Shown here piece after piece: positions 61,208 through 64,000 of a stretch of DNA of 64,000 bases (position 1 is its first letter; every line of letters starts with the position of its first letter). This DNA is from Nemertoderma westbladi. Its lineage: Eukaryota > Animalia > Xenacoelomorpha. Under the pieces are notes generated by a model. That model had not been told where the DNA came from. It ran no database searches and saw nothing but the letters and a program-made list of their open reading frames with translations. A program made the translations under genes and the position numbers. The stretch lies in the NCBI GenBank assembly GCA_032718475.1, contig JAUCBJ010007809.1, positions 1-64,000 on the forward strand. The letters are read 5' to 3'.

Positions 61208-64000
61208 AGTGACGGAATCCACGGAGGATCCCGGTTTATCCGGTTGTTCCAATTATTCGTCCCCGCCGTGTGAGTGAAAAGTGTGAGATTAAGAGTTCTA
61301 ATATTGTTGACGCTGTAGCAGTATAAATATAATAGGATAAGCACAAACACAGTTATTGCAGTATTGAATGAGATATAAAATATAAGTGAATGATGGCAGC
61401 AGTGGACGGTATTAGAGTCACCGCTCTGCCCTAACTAACCGACTAACAGAATGAGATGACTACTGAATGATAACATGGTAGCTGGTAATATATTGCACGG
61501 GTTGGCCGTATTGCACTACCCAGCCGATGCCTTCCCCCCATTGGCTAATAACCCTGTTGTCGCCCTTTACTCTCTTCTCCCCCCGCTACTGTCACTCTCT
61601 CCCCTGGAGGTATAACCTCTGACCCCCTTTGTGTGTGTCTCCTTTGGGGCCTATTGCCCCCGCTTATTGGGTGGCACGAGGTTGATTGGTAACCAACCTC
61701 GTGCTCCCAATATTGCCTAAAAAAAAAACTTTGTGTGGGCCTGGTTAACGGAATTGAATACGCTAACACCCCCCCCCCCCCCTAGTGCGCTACAATTCCG
61801 TTGGATCCCGATCTAACATCGGGTGTGGGGTGGAATTATTTTTCCGGAGCTGGCTTTCCAGGCCGCCCCCTATGGGTATGATATCGCTACCCTGTTTACC
61901 TGGCGTACCGTGTCGGGCCGATCGCGCGCTTCTCTCACACGACTTTTGTTTCCCCAACACTTTCGCCACTCCAACTCCACTCTGTTCTCACCCTGACTCT
62001 CCTCTACTTCTTCTTACTTCCGCTCTAACTTTCGGACTTCCCTGTCCCTCACTCAGCCTCTTATTCCTCCCCCCCCCCCACACTTGAATTGCACCCGCAC
62101 TCTCCTTACGCTGTTACTCAACCCCTATCTCAGCCACTCACTCCTGACGAGCTTCACCCTCCTTCCGTGCCGTCGCACTCAAGAAGTGTGATGTCGTCCA
62201 GTGTCTCGTCCGTGATAGTATTATAGTCTATTGGTCCCCAGTCCCAGTAGCTAATTGGAAAAAGGTTATACAACTATAGTACTTACTTCGATTGTATTTA
62301 CTTGCTAAACTAATAATGATTGCTACGTACTTACATACTAATTGCACTTTTCAATTATTTAGATTACTTGAATTTGTACTTAGGAGTTCGCACGTTTTGC
62401 GTGGTGCCTTCCAGGCATGTCACATCTCTAGTTCTCTAGTTTGTTCCGCTCGCCTTTGGGAACCACCTTAACTCTTTCCCTCTATCGTCTTCCTCCATTG
62501 GTCGTTTCCTGGCTGCTGCCGCTCCTTTGGTCTTGTCTGCTTTCAGGCTCCTGACCTTCGCCATCACCTCTTTACTAATCCCGGTCGTCGACTCCTTGGG
62601 AGCTGGTGTTATCAGTTCCCGGTATCGCTTCGTGGGTGGCCCCTCCGAGAGGCCCTGTTGTCTCCCCCTGGTGGTGTCCCATAGGATCATTTTCATCGCC
62701 CGCGGCACATGCTCCGCCAAGAAATCTCTGAACTCCCCTCGGTTCTGTGACGTCCACCTGTCCAAATACCTCTGCGTATTTATCACCCCGGCATACGACG
62801 CCGCCGTTGCTACCTCCTGATAGGTAAATGGAAGTCTTCGCTTAATAATCTCCAGGTGGGCCTCCTGATTAATATTGAAACCCCACCGGAACTCCTGGGC
62901 CTTCCTACGTTGCCGTGTCGTGGCACCGACGTCGGTCCACTCCTCGAAGATCCTAAACTTCTCTTCTTCGTCCATCCAGTCGCACTAGCGTCCGTAGTGC
63001 CCCCGAAAGTTACACTTCAAACATCGGTTATGCAACCGTGGACACGCCCCCATCCTGTGACTTGACTCGTGGCAGTAGAGACAACTAGTTCCTTTCTGGA
63101 ACCGGTACAAACAGCTCCTTTCCTGGTGGGTTTGCCTCCCACAGTAATCGCAGCCGAGCACCCATGTCTCCCGCCCCAAGCGATCTCCGCGGTCTGTGGA
63201 GTCGCTGACGAGCGAATTTCTGGATGTTAGTGTCCCTGCCCACGTCGATCTCCTTGCCCCTCACGGGCATCGTCTCCCCGAATACTACCCGTGGTGCCAT
63301 CCCCGGTTGTTCACCCAATCTGATGGTGCTCCCCACAAAATCCATCGCCGGCTCCTAATGCACCCAGGCCCGCTTGCCGGGTCTATCCCAGAAGGCTCTC
63401 ACCCCACTGGCCGTCACCACCCTCCCGCCAACCAAGTCTGTGTCCAAGTGGCCCAACCTCCCGATGGGCGGCATCTCTCCGAACTCGTCGTCATCCTCGT
63501 CCTCCTCCGGAAGTGGCTCCAACCCCGGTATCTTAGTGGATCCACTGTGTCCCTTCCCACCTTGGCTTCCTCGCCTTCCCACAGCTCCGCAATGGCCTGT
63601 GTTCTCGACTAGTCCCAAACCGTCTGGTGCTGTCATAGCCATGACGACCGTCTGCATGTCTAGGAGGTTGGGGTGTCCAGACCGATGATTCTCTCCGCGT
63701 CATTGCGAATTGCCGATCCCACTTTCGTCGTCGACTTCTCTCTCACTAGGACTTGCACCGCCCTCGGCAGCCGGTTTAACTTCGGCCCGTCCTTCTTCCC
63801 ATACGTTCCCAGGTCAAATAGGAAAATATCCCCATTTGGCGCAGCTAAGTGTAGGAGTATGGTTCTGGCCGATCCCGCCGACCCTCCTCGTCTTCTACGG
63901 TCCCTTCGTCGTCTAGGATCATGTATCCTCCCTTGTTGACGGACTCTATGAACCTCTTCCAATCTTTCCTCGGCGACTCTCTCGCGTACTTCGGAATCCC
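61208..64000 (-). mobile_element. 3' end of a Bel/Pao family B copy (LTR 61208-61768, PPT, 3' UTR, accessory gene); continues beyond the window
   Basis: Reverse complement of ~36495-41485 without the DNA transposon, and retains extra upstream accessory-gene sequence. Confidence 0.93.
62436..64000 (-). pseudogene. Family B accessory gene: DEDDy-like 3'-5' exonuclease domain + acidic linker + 3 CCHC knuckles + conserved C-terminal module (stops/frameshifts; 5'-partial)
   Basis: Manual translation across frames: GGYMILDDEGT (ExoI DxE, ~63902-63919), ILLHLAAPNGDIFLFDL, LPRAVQVLVREKSTTKVGSAIRNDAERI (ExoII), NLLDMQTVVMAM; then the knuckles and FEEWTD..QRR..WGF. Confidence 0.72.

Noticed and set aside
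62140-62200. Hammerhead ribozyme suggested by CTGACGA
   Set aside because: I could not build stem II plus a conserved GAAA core in both subtypes; the sequence is better explained as one arm of the sense-strand stem-loop.

Overview
Eukaryotic (probably invertebrate) heterochromatin-like window with no recognisable host gene. A ~415-420 bp AT-rich satellite (arrays in both orientations) is broken up by nested transposable elements. These are: five Bel/Pao LTR-retrotransposon copies of two distant families (one full-length, 45045-59314, with near-identical 545-bp LTRs and an AATAT target-site duplication); two solo LTRs; a degenerate Ty3/Gypsy element; an RTE-like LINE; and five non-autonomous DNA elements (Kolobok-like, Chapaev-like, foldback-like, Helentron/DINE-like and an unclassified MITE). 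The main finding is an accessory gene that both Bel/Pao families carry between pol and the 3' LTR, where env would normally sit. It appears to encode a DEDDy (RNase D/WRN/mut-7/EXD1-like) 3'-5' exonuclease domain, three CCHC zinc knuckles and a conserved F(D/E)EWxD..QRR..GF module. No copy here is intact, and the domain call is by eye. Conserved RNA hairpins, a hairpin array and flanking direct repeats accompany it. A multi-kb inverted segmental duplication and repeated LTR insertion into the satellite are also visible.
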